A stretch of 64,000 nucleotides of DNA from Octopus sinensis (GCF_006345805.1 NC_043009.1:49290001-49354000); one strand, 5' to 3'; shown: positions 37,860-51,855, numbered from the stretch's first letter. Program-made: numbers and translations. The notes: generated by a model from the sequence alone, not told the origin.

Positions 37860-38330
37860 TCATTACTCATTATTCATTCCTTTACTCCTTACTCACTCTT
37901 TTGCTCATTAACCATTCTTTCATTCATTCCTATACTCATTACTTATTCCTTTACTCATTAATCACTCTTTTACTCATTACTCATTCCTTTACTCATTACA
38001 CATTCCTTTATTCATTACTCACTCCTTTACACATTCATTTTTCTCTCATTATCCATTATTTTACTCATTACTCACTCCTTTGCTTATTACTCATTCCTTT
38101 ACTCATTACTCATTCTTTTACTCATTACTCATTCCTATACTCATTATTCAACCCTTTGCTCATTATTCATTCCTATACTCATTATTACTCATTAATCACT
38201 TTTTACTCATTACTCATTCTTTTACTCATTACTCACTCCTTTGCTTATTACTCATTATTACTCATTCCTTTGCTCATCACTCACTCCTTTACTCATCACT
38301 CATTCCTTTACTCATTTACTTCCTTTGATG
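37860..38330. repeat. Degenerate (TTACTCA)-based minisatellite
   Basis: Recurring ttactcattactcattcct units. Confidence 0.85.
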
Positions 38331-38947
38331 CCCTTAGCAAATGCTTATTTTGCTTAATGGTTAATCCAGTGCTTGGTTGTGCTGTACTTTATAAGCATTA
38401 GTTAGTGATTTCATAGTCATAAGCATTAGCAGTGCTTCTCAAACATTTTTTGACCATTTCCCCTTTCTTAATACCCCACTCACATATTTAACATACACAG
38501 ACAAAATATCAGGCCAGGGTAGTTAAATTCCAGATACTAATCTAACAAGACTGACTACATACCATAGCACCACCTTGCTATAAGTGAATATCTGATGCAT
38601 CACTGCTTGAACTGCGAAACTGACCCAACCTTTAGTGTGAGATTTCAGCCAAATTCAGATAAATATTCTTTGCATTTCATATATACCTTTATAGCCAGCA
38701 GGTGAATTATATCTTTAGATTACAATTTATAGTTAGATTTTCTGTATTTAACATACTCTCATATTGATTTCTCAGCCCATTATGAGATTAACAGATAACA
38801 CTTGTAGCTAGAACCAACATCATTCAAGAATTTATGCATGTACGAATATGTGTGTGTGTGTGTGTGGGTGTGCGTGTGTGTGTGTGTGTGTGTGTATTTA
38901 TGCATTATATGTGTGTACATGTATCTGTGTATGTGTATATGTATATT

Positions 38948-39362
38948 TCATCTTTTACTTGTTTCAGTCATTTGACTGCGGCCATGCTGGAGCACCGCCT
39001 TTAGTCGAGCAAATCGACCCCAGGACTTATTCTTTGTAAGCCCAGTACTTATTATATCGGTTCTCTTTTGCCGAACTGCTAAGTGACGGGGACGTAAACA
39101 TACACACACATCGGTTGTCAAGCAATGCTAGGGGGACAAACACAGACACACAAACATATACACACACATACACACACATATATATATATACATATATACG
39201 ACAGGCTTCTTTTCAGTTTCCGTCTACCAAATCCACTCACAAGGCTTTGGTCGGCCCGAGGCTATAGCAGAAGACACTTGCCCAAGATGCCATGCAGCGG
39301 GACTGAACCCGGAACCATGTGGTTGGCTAGCAAGCTACTTACCACACAGCCACTCCTGCGCC
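38948..39362 (-). mobile_element. SINE A full-length copy, followed by an older partial A copy (39380-39600)
   Basis: Family match. Confidence 0.85.
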
Positions 39363-39614
39363 TATGTATATATGTATATTTTATCTTTTACTTGTTTCAG
39401 TCATTAGATTGTGGCTATGCTGGGGCAATGCCTCAAAAGATTTTAGTCAAATGAATCGACCCAGGTACGTATTTATTTTTGTAAAGCCTGATACTTATTC
39501 TATTGGTCTCTTTTGCTGAATTGTTAAGTTATGGGGACACAAACACACCAACATCAGTTGTCAAGCAGTGATGGAAGACAAACACATAAACAAAGATACA
39601 CACACACACACACA

Positions 39615-39930
39615 TCATCATCATCATCATCATCATCGTTTAACATCCGCTTTCCATGCTAGCATGTGTTGGACAGTTCGACCGGGGTCCGGGAAGCCAG
39701 GAGGCTGCACAAGGCTCTAGTCTGATCTAGCAGTATTTCTACACCTGGATGCCCTTCTTAACACCAAACACTCTGTGAGTGCCACCAGCACAGGGGACAG
39801 AGGAAGCTGGCAATGGCCACAATTGGTTGGTGCTTTTTATGTGCCACTGGCATGGAAGCCAGCCAATGCTGTGCTGGCATCAGCCACATTCGGATGGTGA
39901 TTTTTACGTGCCACTGGCACAGGTATCACA
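39615..39930 (-). mobile_element. SINE C copy
   Basis: Family match, (CAT)n at the tail. Confidence 0.75.
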
Positions 39931-40424
39931 CCTACAATTTCTATATATATGCATGTGTGTATGTATGCATGTATGTATGTATGTGTGTATGTATGTGTGT
40001 GTGTTTGTGTATGTGTATTTGCTGGGTGAGGTGCATGTTTTTGTCCCCTAGTCTTACCATCACATGACAGTTGTGAATGTGCATTACTTCCACTCATTTC
40101 GAAAAGTCTGCAAAACATGTCTTGCAATGGGGAAATGTCTGTTTGTTTGGAGACAGGCACCGGTTCTCAATTGGGAAGGTATTTGGCCATACAAAATCTG
40201 CCTCAACAAATTCCATCTGACTCATGCAAGCATGGAAATATCATCATCATCATCATCATCATCATCATAATCTTCATCATCATCATCTTCTTCATCACTC
40301 ACATCATCATCATCATCGTCATTGTCGTCGTCATCATCGTCATCATCATCGTCATCTTCATCATAATTTAATGTCTGTTTTCCATGCTGTTTTCAAAATG
40401 ATGTGGATAAGATATATATATATA

Positions 40425-40470
<46 letters not shown>

Positions 40471-40572
40471 ATATATACATATGTAAAGACATGTCAAGCA
40501 ACTTCATACTGTAGTCAGTCCCTTCTGCCGGCCAGCACAAGTGTGCATTATGCCAATAAATGTGCAAATCTG

Positions 40573-40633
<61 letters not shown>

Positions 40634-40679
40634 CTCTCCAGCCAGTTTTGATCTTTTGTGTCTTGCAAGACTTGGTCAC

Positions 40680-40955
40680 CCTGTCAATGCAGGTGCCACT
40701 TCAAAGCACCCAGTCTACACTGTAAAGTGGTGGGTGTTTGGAAGGGCATCCAGCTGTTAAAACCTTGCTAAAACTGACCTCGCCTGTACTTGTGCCACGT
40801 AAAAAGCACTAGGTCCACACCAGCTGTAAAGCGCTTGCCAAAACAGTCACAGAAGTCTGGTGCAGGCTTCTACCTGGCTAACTCTTGTCAAATCATTCCA
40901 CCCATGCCAACTTGGAATGCGGACGTTAGATGATGATGATGATGATGATGATGAT
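40680..40955 (+). mobile_element. Diverged SINE C copy
   Basis: ggaagggcatccagctg...cggacgttagatgatgat. Confidence 0.65.
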
Positions 40956-41311
40956 GATAGAAATATAAATTTTGACAATGTCTTTATTGCAGTAGTGGTG
41001 GTGGTGGTGGTGGTGCTAGCTTTGGTGGTGATAGCTTTAGGGTGATGATGGTGGTGGTGGTGGTGGTGGTGATGGTATGGTAATGAAAATTATTAATGGT
41101 GTTTCTCTACTCATACGCTATGCTTATGTATGTGTGTGTTTGTGTGTATGTGCGTGTGTGTGTGTGTGTGTATATTTGTGTCTCCATTAAATCAATTTCT
41201 TCAGAATAAAACAAAAGTAAAGTAATTTGGATAAGTTTAATTAATAAACATTGGTTAACGAGTCTATATGTAAAGACAGGATAATAAACCAATATATACA
41301 CACAATCACAC

Positions 41312-41411
41312 NNNNNNNNNNNNNNNNNNNNNNNNNNNNNNNNNNNNNNNNNNNNNNNNNNNNNNNNNNNNNNNNNNNNNNNNNNNNNNNNNNNNNNNNN
41401 NNNNNNNNNNN
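41312..41411. other. Assembly gap (100 N)
   Basis: Direct reading; a fixed-size gap suggests a scaffolding join. Confidence 0.98.
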
Positions 41412-41658
41412 CCTCTTGGCTGAAACAGCTGTAAGATATTTTCCCAATTTCTATTCCTGTATGTTATGTGTTTAGATAATTACTGGTATCTTTAAATATT
41501 ATAAATTTAAAGCATAATATGTTATACATGTATGTATATTGTTATAATTGTCATTTTAGTAAGTAAATAAATAGACTAACATAATATAATGTCTAAAAGT
41601 TGATGAATACCACCTATTTATCCCCTCCATTTTCTCATTGCTTTCTCTCTCTGTCCCC

Positions 41659-41696
<38 letters not shown>

Positions 41697-42014
41697 ATAT
41701 ATATATAAACTTGCTTGGAGGATAAGAATGCTTTTATGTCCTGTTCTTGTCACTTTTTTTCTTTTTTTACCCCTCTGCAAAAGAATTTTATTTAATTCAT
41801 TTTGCAGGAAGGACTGCTTCGGCCGGATCGTGTTCTGCCCTTACCTTCGAAACACGCATTGAGTCGAACCAGGGGCAGCTGATAAAGGGGAATATTCCTT
41901 GTATTGTTTGACATGTACTCTGGTTTTTCGTTGTTAAAAAAAGTCTGTTTCCTTGTTTGATTTTATGTTTTTGTTTCTCATTGTGTTCTACGTTTATTTG
42001 TGGTGTCCTGTACT

Positions 42015-42045
<31 letters not shown>

Positions 42046-42920
42046 CATGTATGTATACATATAGATGTAGGTATGTACATATATGTATGTATGTATGCAT
42101 ATGTTTTATTTGTTAAATTGTTATTATATATATATATATATATTTACATGTACCCCCACATACTCACACGCATTTGTATGTATGTTTATTCTATGTGTTT
42201 TACTTCAGTTCTTTTTAAGAGAGTTGAAGCTGGTCACTAACAAAATGACAAGACTTTTTGAGTTAAGAAAGTTCTTGATGTTTATAAATATATGGCTGAG
42301 TTGGTGTGTTGGTGGTGGAGTTGTTTGATTTGCAAACCCAAGTGGGTGCAACTATTCATCCAAAATATCTCAGGTGGAGAATCCTTGGAATCTCTTACAA
42401 ACCTTCACTGTGCCACTAATAGATTGGATTTGGAGAACGCTTGTCAGTTTCTTTTGCTCTTTCTTTGAAAAACCTAAATCTTTTAGATTTTTGTGTAAAT
42501 CTGTAGGTACATAGCAAAACGCACCAATGATAACAGATACAAATGAAAATTATATTCAGGTACAAATGCTCAAAGTTCCGCATTAACGGTGCTAATTTTT
42601 AAAAACCAAAGGTTTTTGTAAAATTTCATTTTTGGTTTATGCTTGGGACACCAACCAAGAATTAATTCACCATAAAGTACCTGCTTCACAAGTCTGAAGT
42701 TATCAAGATCTTCAACCTGATATCTTTGTGATCCATTCATTCATCCATCCATCTTCTCTGCCTATTACTCCTGAGTGGGTCATGGGGACAGAATCCTCTT
42801 CGATTGAGCCCTTTCAGAAATCCTCCTCCATTGGGTCCTATCAGAAGTCCTCCATTTTAGGGGTCCTATTAGAAGCAATCATCATTACACTTTCTGACTA
42901 GATTCCTAGTATGACCATCT

Positions 42921-43180
42921 AAAAAGAAATAAAGTTACCTCCTCAAGTCATGCTCACTCGCAGGGGCTGGTTCCCCATTTTCATGGCGTGTATATTCCCC
43001 ACCTGGATGGGACGCTAGTCCATCACAGGATAGCTCATTTTTACTAGCTTAGTGAACTGGAGCAATATGAAATCAAGTGTTTTGCTCAAGAGCACTGCAC
43101 ATCACCTGGTCCAGGAACTGAAACACAATCTCATGATCATGATTCCAACACCCTAATCACTAAGCCACACACCTCCACAC
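42921..43180 (-). mobile_element. tRNA-like SINE with 10-bp TSD
   Basis: Head gtggaggtgtgtggcttagtgattagg; core cctgtgatggactagcgtcccatccagg; TSD atgaccatct at 42911-42920 and 43181-43190. Confidence 0.75.
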
Positions 43181-44953
43181 ATGACCATCTCAGAGTATGG
43201 CTATTTTCTTGGTCTACCCATAGATTGAAGAATTTCTCTTGTAATTCATTCCCAGAACATTCTAATCACATGTACATAGTACCAGAGCCGTGACTAACCT
43301 CTCACTAAATAAATCAAATTAATAATAAATTTTTACTTCATCATTGATTTTGAAGCCAAAGTTATGGAAATTTTCTAATTTCTAGTCAAGATTTTGGAAA
43401 TCTTATATTTTCTCATCACTAATTGTCATTCTGTTAAATTAACATATTAAATTGTTACTCAAAATAGAGAAGTGAACAACAGAACAGTGAACAACAGAGT
43501 GAACAGTAAACAATAATATCTAATCAGTGACCAACAAAATAAACAGTGAACAACAAGCACATATATTCATAGCCGGGTCTATATTATTGTCATAGTGACA
43601 TAAAAGGCTTGTACATAATTTTGTACAGAAATATTGTAATAATCTTGTGTTTGTCAGATAACTTACAAATTCATGTTAGAGATGGCCTCTATACATGACC
43701 TTTCACATCTCGATAACTTCTTCCACTGCTCTCTTTCTCTCTGCTCTCTTTCTTTATTTCTTTCTTTCTCTCTCTTTCTCTCCCGGCTCTCTCTGTCTAT
43801 CTCTCTCTCTATCTCTCTCTCTATCTCCATATTGTTTCTCTCCTCCCCCCACCACCTTACAAACTACCAAACAGAAATGATACATCACTACAAGAATCGC
43901 GTGTCTGCCGTCTTTGAAAGGGTGTAAGCTGAGTGAAACATTAGTCCCTTTTCACTAGCCACAAGACAAGGAAGGCTTGTATTTGACCCTTTGTACATTT
44001 TGGGGTCGAGTTCTTCTAAGGATTCCAATACAATTATTGAATTTTGTTTGGAAGGGTCAGTTAATTCATAATGAATTTCTTTCATAAATCTATATAAACC
44101 ATTTGCCATTGTGTCATGTCAAAGTGGAACTCTGGCAACACATGTTGCTGTGACATTTGCAGTTTGACTTCTACTGATCTTAAATCAGATTCTTAGAGAA
44201 TCTAACAAAGATAAAAGCTCTTCACATTTGAATAAGGAAATAAGACCAAAATTTGTTGTAACCAGCTGCCAAAGTTTGACCTGTTCCAACTTTTAAGTTT
44301 AGCATTTCTGTTCTTTAAATCTTTTCGAAGGATTACTTCAGTCCCCTGACATATCTAAATCCAGTCTTCTGAATAATGGCAGCAGTACTTAAATGAGATT
44401 TTGTAAATAAGTTTATAACAATTCAATAAAGTGTAATGTAGAAATACACAGATATGTAGTGGTTGATTAAAGGTTTAGCAAGAAAACTTAAAACTTAAAA
44501 TTATGTGGCCTCCACAATCTTTCTCACTCCCCCACATGCCTCCCACGCACACACACACTCTCTCTCTCCCTCTTTCTCCCACTCTCTCTCTTTCTCATAT
44601 ATACGATATTTCTACATATACACATACACACATGCTTACTTAAACTCACATATACATGCATACATACACTTCTAAGAACATAGATACACATCTAGGAACA
44701 TACATATATATGTGTATATATACACAGATATCTATTGACATAGATATCTGTGTATGCACACATATGCACATATACATGTATTAGTGAGTATGTATGTATG
44801 TGACCGCGTGTGTGTATATATAAGTGAGTGTGCATGTATATACATAGATATTTATGTTCAAATATCTTAGTTATTTGTATACGTATGTGTTTTTTAGTGC
44901 ATATAAATTTGCATGTGACTGTAGAAATGAATACATGTATATGCATAATATAT

Positions 44954-45000
<47 letters not shown>

Positions 45001-45048
45001 ATATATATATATCATACACACACACACCACGTACATATATATATATAT

Positions 45049-45143
45049 AGTTAATCCAACATGAAAACACAAAGGGAAAACACAACAACGCAAGGACGTG
45101 GAACAAGTTTAGTGTTATTGGAAGCTCAGCAAAGGAGAGAAAG
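45049..45143 (-). mobile_element. Truncated copy of repeat G (see 54880-55078)
   Basis: gttaatccaa...caacaacgcaaggacgtggaacaa...ttattgga.gctcag is the reverse complement of 54990-55078. Confidence 0.7.
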
Positions 45144-45604
45144 ATACACATACATACATACATATACTCATATATATATATATGTATGTATATATATGTG
45201 TGTGTGTGTATGTGTGTGCATATACATATATATATATACAAACACAAACACACACACACTCACATACACACAATCGCACATACTCTCAAATAATAACTAA
45301 GATGCTTGGTTCAATTCTTACCAAAATGAAGATGAACTGACACAATCTTCAGAGCAACAGAAAATTCCTTTCAATATTTAGTTGCAGCTGTTTATGTTCT
45401 GAATTCAAATTCTACCAAAGTCAGCTTTGTTTTTCAGTCTTTCTGGACTGACATGATAAAATGAGATAACAGCCAAGTATTGGGGTTGATGTAATCAAAT
45501 GCTATCATTCTCTTCAGAATTGTAGGCATTGTGCCTTTATATGCATTTGTGAATATATATATATATAAATATATGAAAGAATGGAGTTGAACGACGAATT
45601 AACA

Positions 45605-45709
45605 AAGTTCCTTTATTTTCGACATATGTTTCGAAGGCTGCATATTCCTAATTGCGAAGGAATAAGGAGTATATTATGCTGCTTTCTCATCAGGAAAAGC
45701 AAGGAACTT
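45605..45709 (-). ncRNA. Type I hammerhead ribozyme motif (intact copy)
   Basis: Minus strand: stem I aagttccttgcttttc / gaaaataaaggaactt (5 bp + 2x2 loop + 9 bp); CUGAUGA; stem II gaaagcagcata/tatgcagccttc (10 of 12 pairs); GAAA-C-AUAU-G-UC; predicted cleavage between 45621 and 45620. Confidence 0.8.
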
Positions 45710-45733
45710 ATGTCAACATGTTGATGTTGACAT

Positions 45734-45838
45734 AAGTTCCTTGCTTTTCCTGATGAGAAAGCGGCATAATATACTCCTTATTCCTTCGCAATTAGGAATA
45801 TGCAGCCTTCGAAACATATGTCAAAAATAAAGGAACTT
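45734..45838 (+). ncRNA. Type I hammerhead ribozyme motif (copy with a C-A mismatch in the first stem I pair)
   Basis: CTGATGA 45750-45756; stem II 45757-45768/45799-45810; GAAA 45811-45814; CATATG; GTC ends 45822. Confidence 0.72.
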
Positions 45839-46046
45839 TGTTAATTCGTCGTTCAACTCCATTTTTTCATATATTTATATTTAAAAAAAAAACATACAAA
45901 TTTCCACACGAAAGCATGTAACTTCAAACGTGTCTTCTCTGATGTGAATTTGCTACCTAGGTATCGGTTAACCGAATTATCCATAACAAGATAATTCATT
46001 CTACTACTCTAATATGTATATATATATATATATATATCTTTATATA

Positions 46047-46330
46047 TCATCATCATCATCATCATCAACGTTTAATGTCCGTTTTCCGTGCTAGCATGGG
46101 TTGGACGGTTCGATCAGGGTCTGGGAAGCCAAGAGGCTGCACCAGGCTCCAGTCTGATCTGGCAGTGTTTCTACAGCTTGATGCCATTCCTAACGCCAAC
46201 CACTCCGTGAGTGTAGTGGGTGCTTTTTACGTGCCACCGGCACAGGTACCAGGGGATACTGGCAGCGGCCACAGTCGGTTGGTGCTTTTTATGTGCCACT
46301 GGCACAGAAGCCAGTCAAGGTGGCACTGAT
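46047..46330 (-). mobile_element. SINE C copy
   Basis: Family match. Confidence 0.85.
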
Positions 46331-46974
46331 ATGTATAAAATACAAAATGGGACAAGAATGCAAAATATTTAGTCAGTTAGGTGATACAAAAAAAAAGGGA
46401 CAACAAAACATCCAGATAGATGATACAAAGAAAAGAGGGACAGGTCATTTGGTGTTCTTGTTCCTCAGTCGAGTTCCAGATTATTTTTGCCATTTCACCT
46501 GGTTATACTCGAGATTGCTCCAATCTGGTCAGCCCCCAAGGAAAGCTAAGCTAAGAGCATTAAATTCCTTGGAAGAAAGCAGCGAATGTATACAAAAACA
46601 AGGACGGAAAAAAAAAACGGAGAATGTTACACAAATACAAATAACAGGACATAACAGGTGTCTTTTGACTAAGGACGAATAAAATTAAGCTGGTGTGTGT
46701 CAAAATAAAGCCTTACAGCAGGTGATGCAAGATTTTACAGGCACAGATGTTGCACAGACGATGGCCGAACCAAGAAAGAAAGATCAGGCTTGGCCAAACA
46801 CCAGTCACATGGGGAGAGAAGAGAGAGAGGTAGAGGCAGAGGGACAGAAGAATTAAGGAGGGTTGAGAAAAAATGACAGGGACACAGAGAAGTGAAAAGA
46901 GATATATACATACGTACATATATACATACACACACACACATACATAAATACATTATGGTTCTGAAAGGATAATA

Positions 46975-47009
<35 letters not shown>

Positions 47010-47354
47010 TAGATATTATACATACATATACACATTTTCTTGAGGGGTCCTCAAGAAAGTCAAGACCATCAGTATCAAGGCCATTCTTATGAAGCCAGAG
47101 TTGCAAAACAAACATCTTAACCACACACACACACACTTACGCATCTTCTAGGATTTGAACTCACAAGTGGGAGAGACATCAACATCAAACCAGCTAGCAT
47201 AAAAACATCCAGAGAAATCCATCTATCTTTAGAAGCAATTCTACTTCTCTATTGCGGCATACCAAAATATACAAATGTTCACCATGTGATATATGAACAT
47301 TGCAGATTTGGGATTATTTTCCATAGTTCAACTTTAAAGCCAATATCAATATTA

Positions 47355-47418
<64 letters not shown>

Positions 47419-47445
47419 TACTATTATTATTATTATTACTACTAC

Positions 47446-47503
<58 letters not shown>

Positions 47504-47547
47504 GTTGTTGTTATTATTATTTTAATATTATCGTTGTTGTCGTTATT

Positions 47548-47581
<34 letters not shown>

Positions 47582-47624
47582 GTATTATTATTGTTGTTGT
47601 AATTATTTTTTTTATTATTGTTAC

Positions 47625-47671
<47 letters not shown>

Positions 47672-48085
47672 TATTATTATTATTAATTTCATTATCATCA
47701 TCAGCTTCATCACCACCACCACCACCATCATGATCATCATCACCATCATCATAATTATTATTATTATTATCATTATTATTATTTCTATTCCTCCTGCGAA
47801 AATACAGAAGTAGTATGTAGACCAAAATGCGTTGTATGTATGCGCACGCTCTGCTGAACAGTATGTACATGCTTCGATTCATTGCAATGTACGTGCATCG
47901 CTGAATTCTATTTACATGCGCTAACGCATGTTGTGTTTGTTACCTTAAATAAAATGATTTACTCCCCGCAATATGTCCAGTGCTTTTCATTATGCAGCAT
48001 AACTAATAATAGTTGCATACAACACAGAAGATTCATACTTCCATACATTCTCTCGGTAGATTATTATTATTATTATTGTTATTAC

Positions 48086-48124
<39 letters not shown>

Positions 48125-48240
48125 CGTTGTTGCTGCTGTTATTATTACTATTAGTATTACTATTATTATTGTTTTTATTTTTATTATTATTATTATTATT
48201 ATTATCATTATTATTATTATCATTATTATTATTATTATTT
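47355..48240. repeat. (ATT)n arrays with one ~270-bp non-repetitive island
   Basis: Direct reading. Confidence 0.92.
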
Positions 48241-48277
48241 TCATTTATGTTTCTCAAGATCTGTTCTGATCTTTCAC

Positions 48278-48316
<39 letters not shown>

Positions 48317-48521
48317 ATCTCTCTGTATATATACATGTGTGTGTGTATATATATACATATATCTTTAAAAGCATACATAATATGTATGCATGTAAGAATG
48401 TATGTGTATGTATATTTGCATATACATATGTTTAGACATACATATGTATGATATATATATATACATATATATTTTTATATATATATATATATATATATGC
48501 ATATATATATATGTATATATG

Positions 48522-48570
<49 letters not shown>

Positions 48571-49204
48571 AGAGGGAGAGATGCACACATATATATATAT
48601 GCATGTATATATGTATGTGTGTATATATATATATACATACATACACACACACTCAACCACCCACACACACACATACACAAATATATCTATAGATATATGT
48701 ATACATGCACACACAGGTATGTTCTATTCTGATGTGGCCTTAGCTCAAGGTGAACTCAAATGATTGACCATTTTGTAACCTTTCATATGTTTTTTTAAAT
48801 TAGATTTTCAGAGTTTGTATGAATTTACAGGTAATTGTATGTTGAAACAATAAAACGAGGGCAACCAAAAATACCTGCATATACATACATACACACATAC
48901 ATACATACAAACATGCATGCATACATACATACAGAAATGCATACCTACATACATAAATTCATATGTACATACATACGCACATACATATAAACAGACAGAC
49001 ATACTTACATTCATACATACAGACATACCTGCATATATATATATACACACATGCACACATACATATATATATATACACACACACACATGCACTCATACAT
49101 ATATATATATACACACACACGTGTGTATGCATATATATGTATATATACACGCGTGTATGCATATATACATATACATACACACACACAGACATATATATAT
49201 AGAG

Positions 49205-49575
49205 AGAGAGAGACGTGTGCATGTATAGTAAGAAGTTTACTTCCTAACCCCATGGTTCCAGGTTCAGTCCCACCTTGAGTATCATCTACTGTAGCCTCGT
49301 ACCAACCAAAGCTGTGTATATGGATTAGCAGACAGAAAGTGACAGAAGCCCATCATATATGTGTGTGTGTGTGTCCGTGTCCTTGTGGCTGTGTTTGACA
49401 ACTGGTATTGGTTTGCTTACATACCCATAACTTAACAGTCCAGCAAAGGAGACCAATAGAATAAGGACCAGACTGTAAAAAAAAAAGACTGGTGTCGATT
49501 TGTTTGAATAAATCTTCTTTAAGGTAGTGCTCCAGCATGGCTGCAGTCTAATGACTGAAACAAATTAAAGATAAA
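49205..49575 (+). mobile_element. SINE A copy (diverged)
   Basis: Family match. Confidence 0.7.
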
Positions 49576-49754
49576 CGATATATATATATATATATATATA
49601 TAAACACATGTATATGCATGTATGTATGTATTTATGTATGCATATCCGTATCTATCTGTCTGTCTGTCTGTCTATCTATCTATTTATCTATCTATCTATT
49701 TATCTATCTATCTATCTCTCTATATATGTATGTATATATTTATGTATATATATA

Positions 49755-49928
49755 CTGTATTTTACTGTGTATAAGGGACCCTTTTTTGTCAAAAATTAGG
49801 TTTAAAAATATGGGAGTTTCTTATATATGGATATTATAATCCCTTACAAAACCTTTTTTCCAAACTCTAAGCCCCAAAATTAGGGGGTTCCTTATACACA
49901 AGAGTTCCTTATACACATTAAAATACGC
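49755..49928. mobile_element. Tc1/mariner-superfamily (pogo-like) MITE, 174 bp
   Basis: TIR ctgtattttactgtgtataaggga / ttccttatacacattaaaatacgc; TA at both flanks; second copy at 55765-55913. Confidence 0.75.
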
Positions 49929-50022
49929 TATATATTTATATACAAGTTATATATATATACATATATACACATACATACATATATACATACACATACATTA
50001 TACATACATACGCATACATATA

Positions 50023-50094
<72 letters not shown>

Positions 50095-50957
50095 ACTTAG
50101 CTATTCCTACATCCCTTTTTCAAAAGATTTCAAATTCTTCACTACTTCCTTTGCCTTTTGCCTTATCCACTTCTATGAGTTATGAGACTTCAAGTGGCAG
50201 CTATTCCAAAATTCTTCCATAAATTGTTCTCATGGAAACAAGGAAATGCTTTCATGTGTTTAGGGAATTTTTAGAGAACTCAGCTGCAATAGCCAAAGGG
50301 TCGTATTATCTGTCCCTAAGCAATGATATTTGAGAATGTCATATACTGTATTCTATCCAGCACAGCAAAATAGATGTTTGGTCACACCATACATATTGTA
50401 ATATACAAACACACAATATGATGGTGGGGTGGCCGAACCATTAGCATACTGGAAAAAATGCTTAGTAGCATTTTCTCCATCTGCATATTCTGAGTTCAAA
50501 TTCCACTAAGGTTGACTTTGCCTTTCATCCTTTAGGGCTCAATAAAATAAGTACCAGTTGAACAGTGGGGTTGATATAATCAACTTACCACCTCCCTGGA
50601 ATTGCTGGCCTTGTGCCAAAATTTGAAACCTATTTATAAATAAATATTAAAATATGTAGATCTGACATACACAATTCCAGTACAACACTATCATGGAAGA
50701 CTATCTAGATCAATGTCTCTCAAGCATATCAACCATTTTTTACTTATGGACCCCTTTGACTGTTTATTTTACTCAGGTGGACCCTGCTAACCATTTGATG
50801 CTCGAAAATTTAGCAACCAAATAATTGTTACATATTATATTACAGATGAATTCCTCTATTTACATAATATATAGGTCTCATTCAATATATATATATTATA
50901 TATATATATATAAATATATATATGTATATGTTATATTTATATAAATACATTTTATAT

Positions 50958-50991
<34 letters not shown>

Positions 50992-51025
50992 AAAGCACAC
51001 ACATTTATGCATATATACATACATG

Positions 51026-51855
51026 TGTGTGGTTGAGTGGTAAGAAGTTTGTTTCACATCCACACAGTTCTGGATTCAGTTCCACTGCATGGTACCTTGG
51101 GCAAGTGTCTTCTACTATAGCCTCAGGTCAACCAAAGCCTTGTGAGCGGATTTGGCAGACGGAAACTGAAAGAAGCTTGTTGTATATCCTTATGTATATA
51201 TCTATGTGTGTGTCTTTGTGTCTGTGTTCATCCCCCACCACTTGACAACTGGTGTTGTTGTGTTAATGTCCCCATAACTTAGCAGTTTGGCAAAAGAAAC
51301 TGATAGAATACATACCAGGCTTTAAAAATAAAAGCACAGGGGTTAATAGACTTGACTATATGCACTTCAAGGCGGTGCCCCAGCATGGCTGCAGTCTAAT
51401 GACTGAAGCAAGTAAAAGATAAAAGATATATATACACACACAGACATATATACTCTTTACTCTCTCTCTCTTTTACTTGTTTCAGTCATTTGACTGCGGC
51501 CATGCTGGAGCACCGCCTTTAGTCGAGCAAATCGACTCCGGGACTTATTCTTTGTAAGCCCAGTACTTATTCTATCGGTCTCTTTTGACGAACTGCTAAG
51601 TGATGGGGATGTAAACACACCAGCATCAGTTGTCAAGCAATGCTAGAGGGACAAACACAGAAACACAAACATATACACACACATACATATATATATACAT
51701 ATATACGACAGGCTTCTTTCAGTTTCCGTCTACCAAATCCACTCACAAGGCATTGGTCCGCCCGAGGCTATAGTAGAAGACACTTGCCCATGATGCCATG
51801 CAGTGGGACTGAACCCGGAACCATGTGGTTGGTAGGCAAGCTACTTACCACACAA
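51026..51855. mobile_element. Two SINE A copies tail-to-tail (51026-51425 plus, 51470-51855 minus)
   Basis: Family match on opposite strands. Confidence 0.8.

Larger units (their letters stand above)
45563..45880. repeat. Near-perfect palindrome: 157-bp arms, 4-nt spacer, 3 mismatches
   Basis: Arm 1 (45563-45719) is the reverse complement of arm 2 (45724-45880); spacer gttg. Confidence 0.97.

Noticed and set aside
41815-41920. cttcgaaac...ctgataaaggggaatattcctt as a type II hammerhead
   Set aside because: The core is imperfect and stems I-III cannot be paired consistently.
46430-46830. Possible LTR-like repeat fragment
   Set aside because: Single copy in the window, with no defined termini or TSD.
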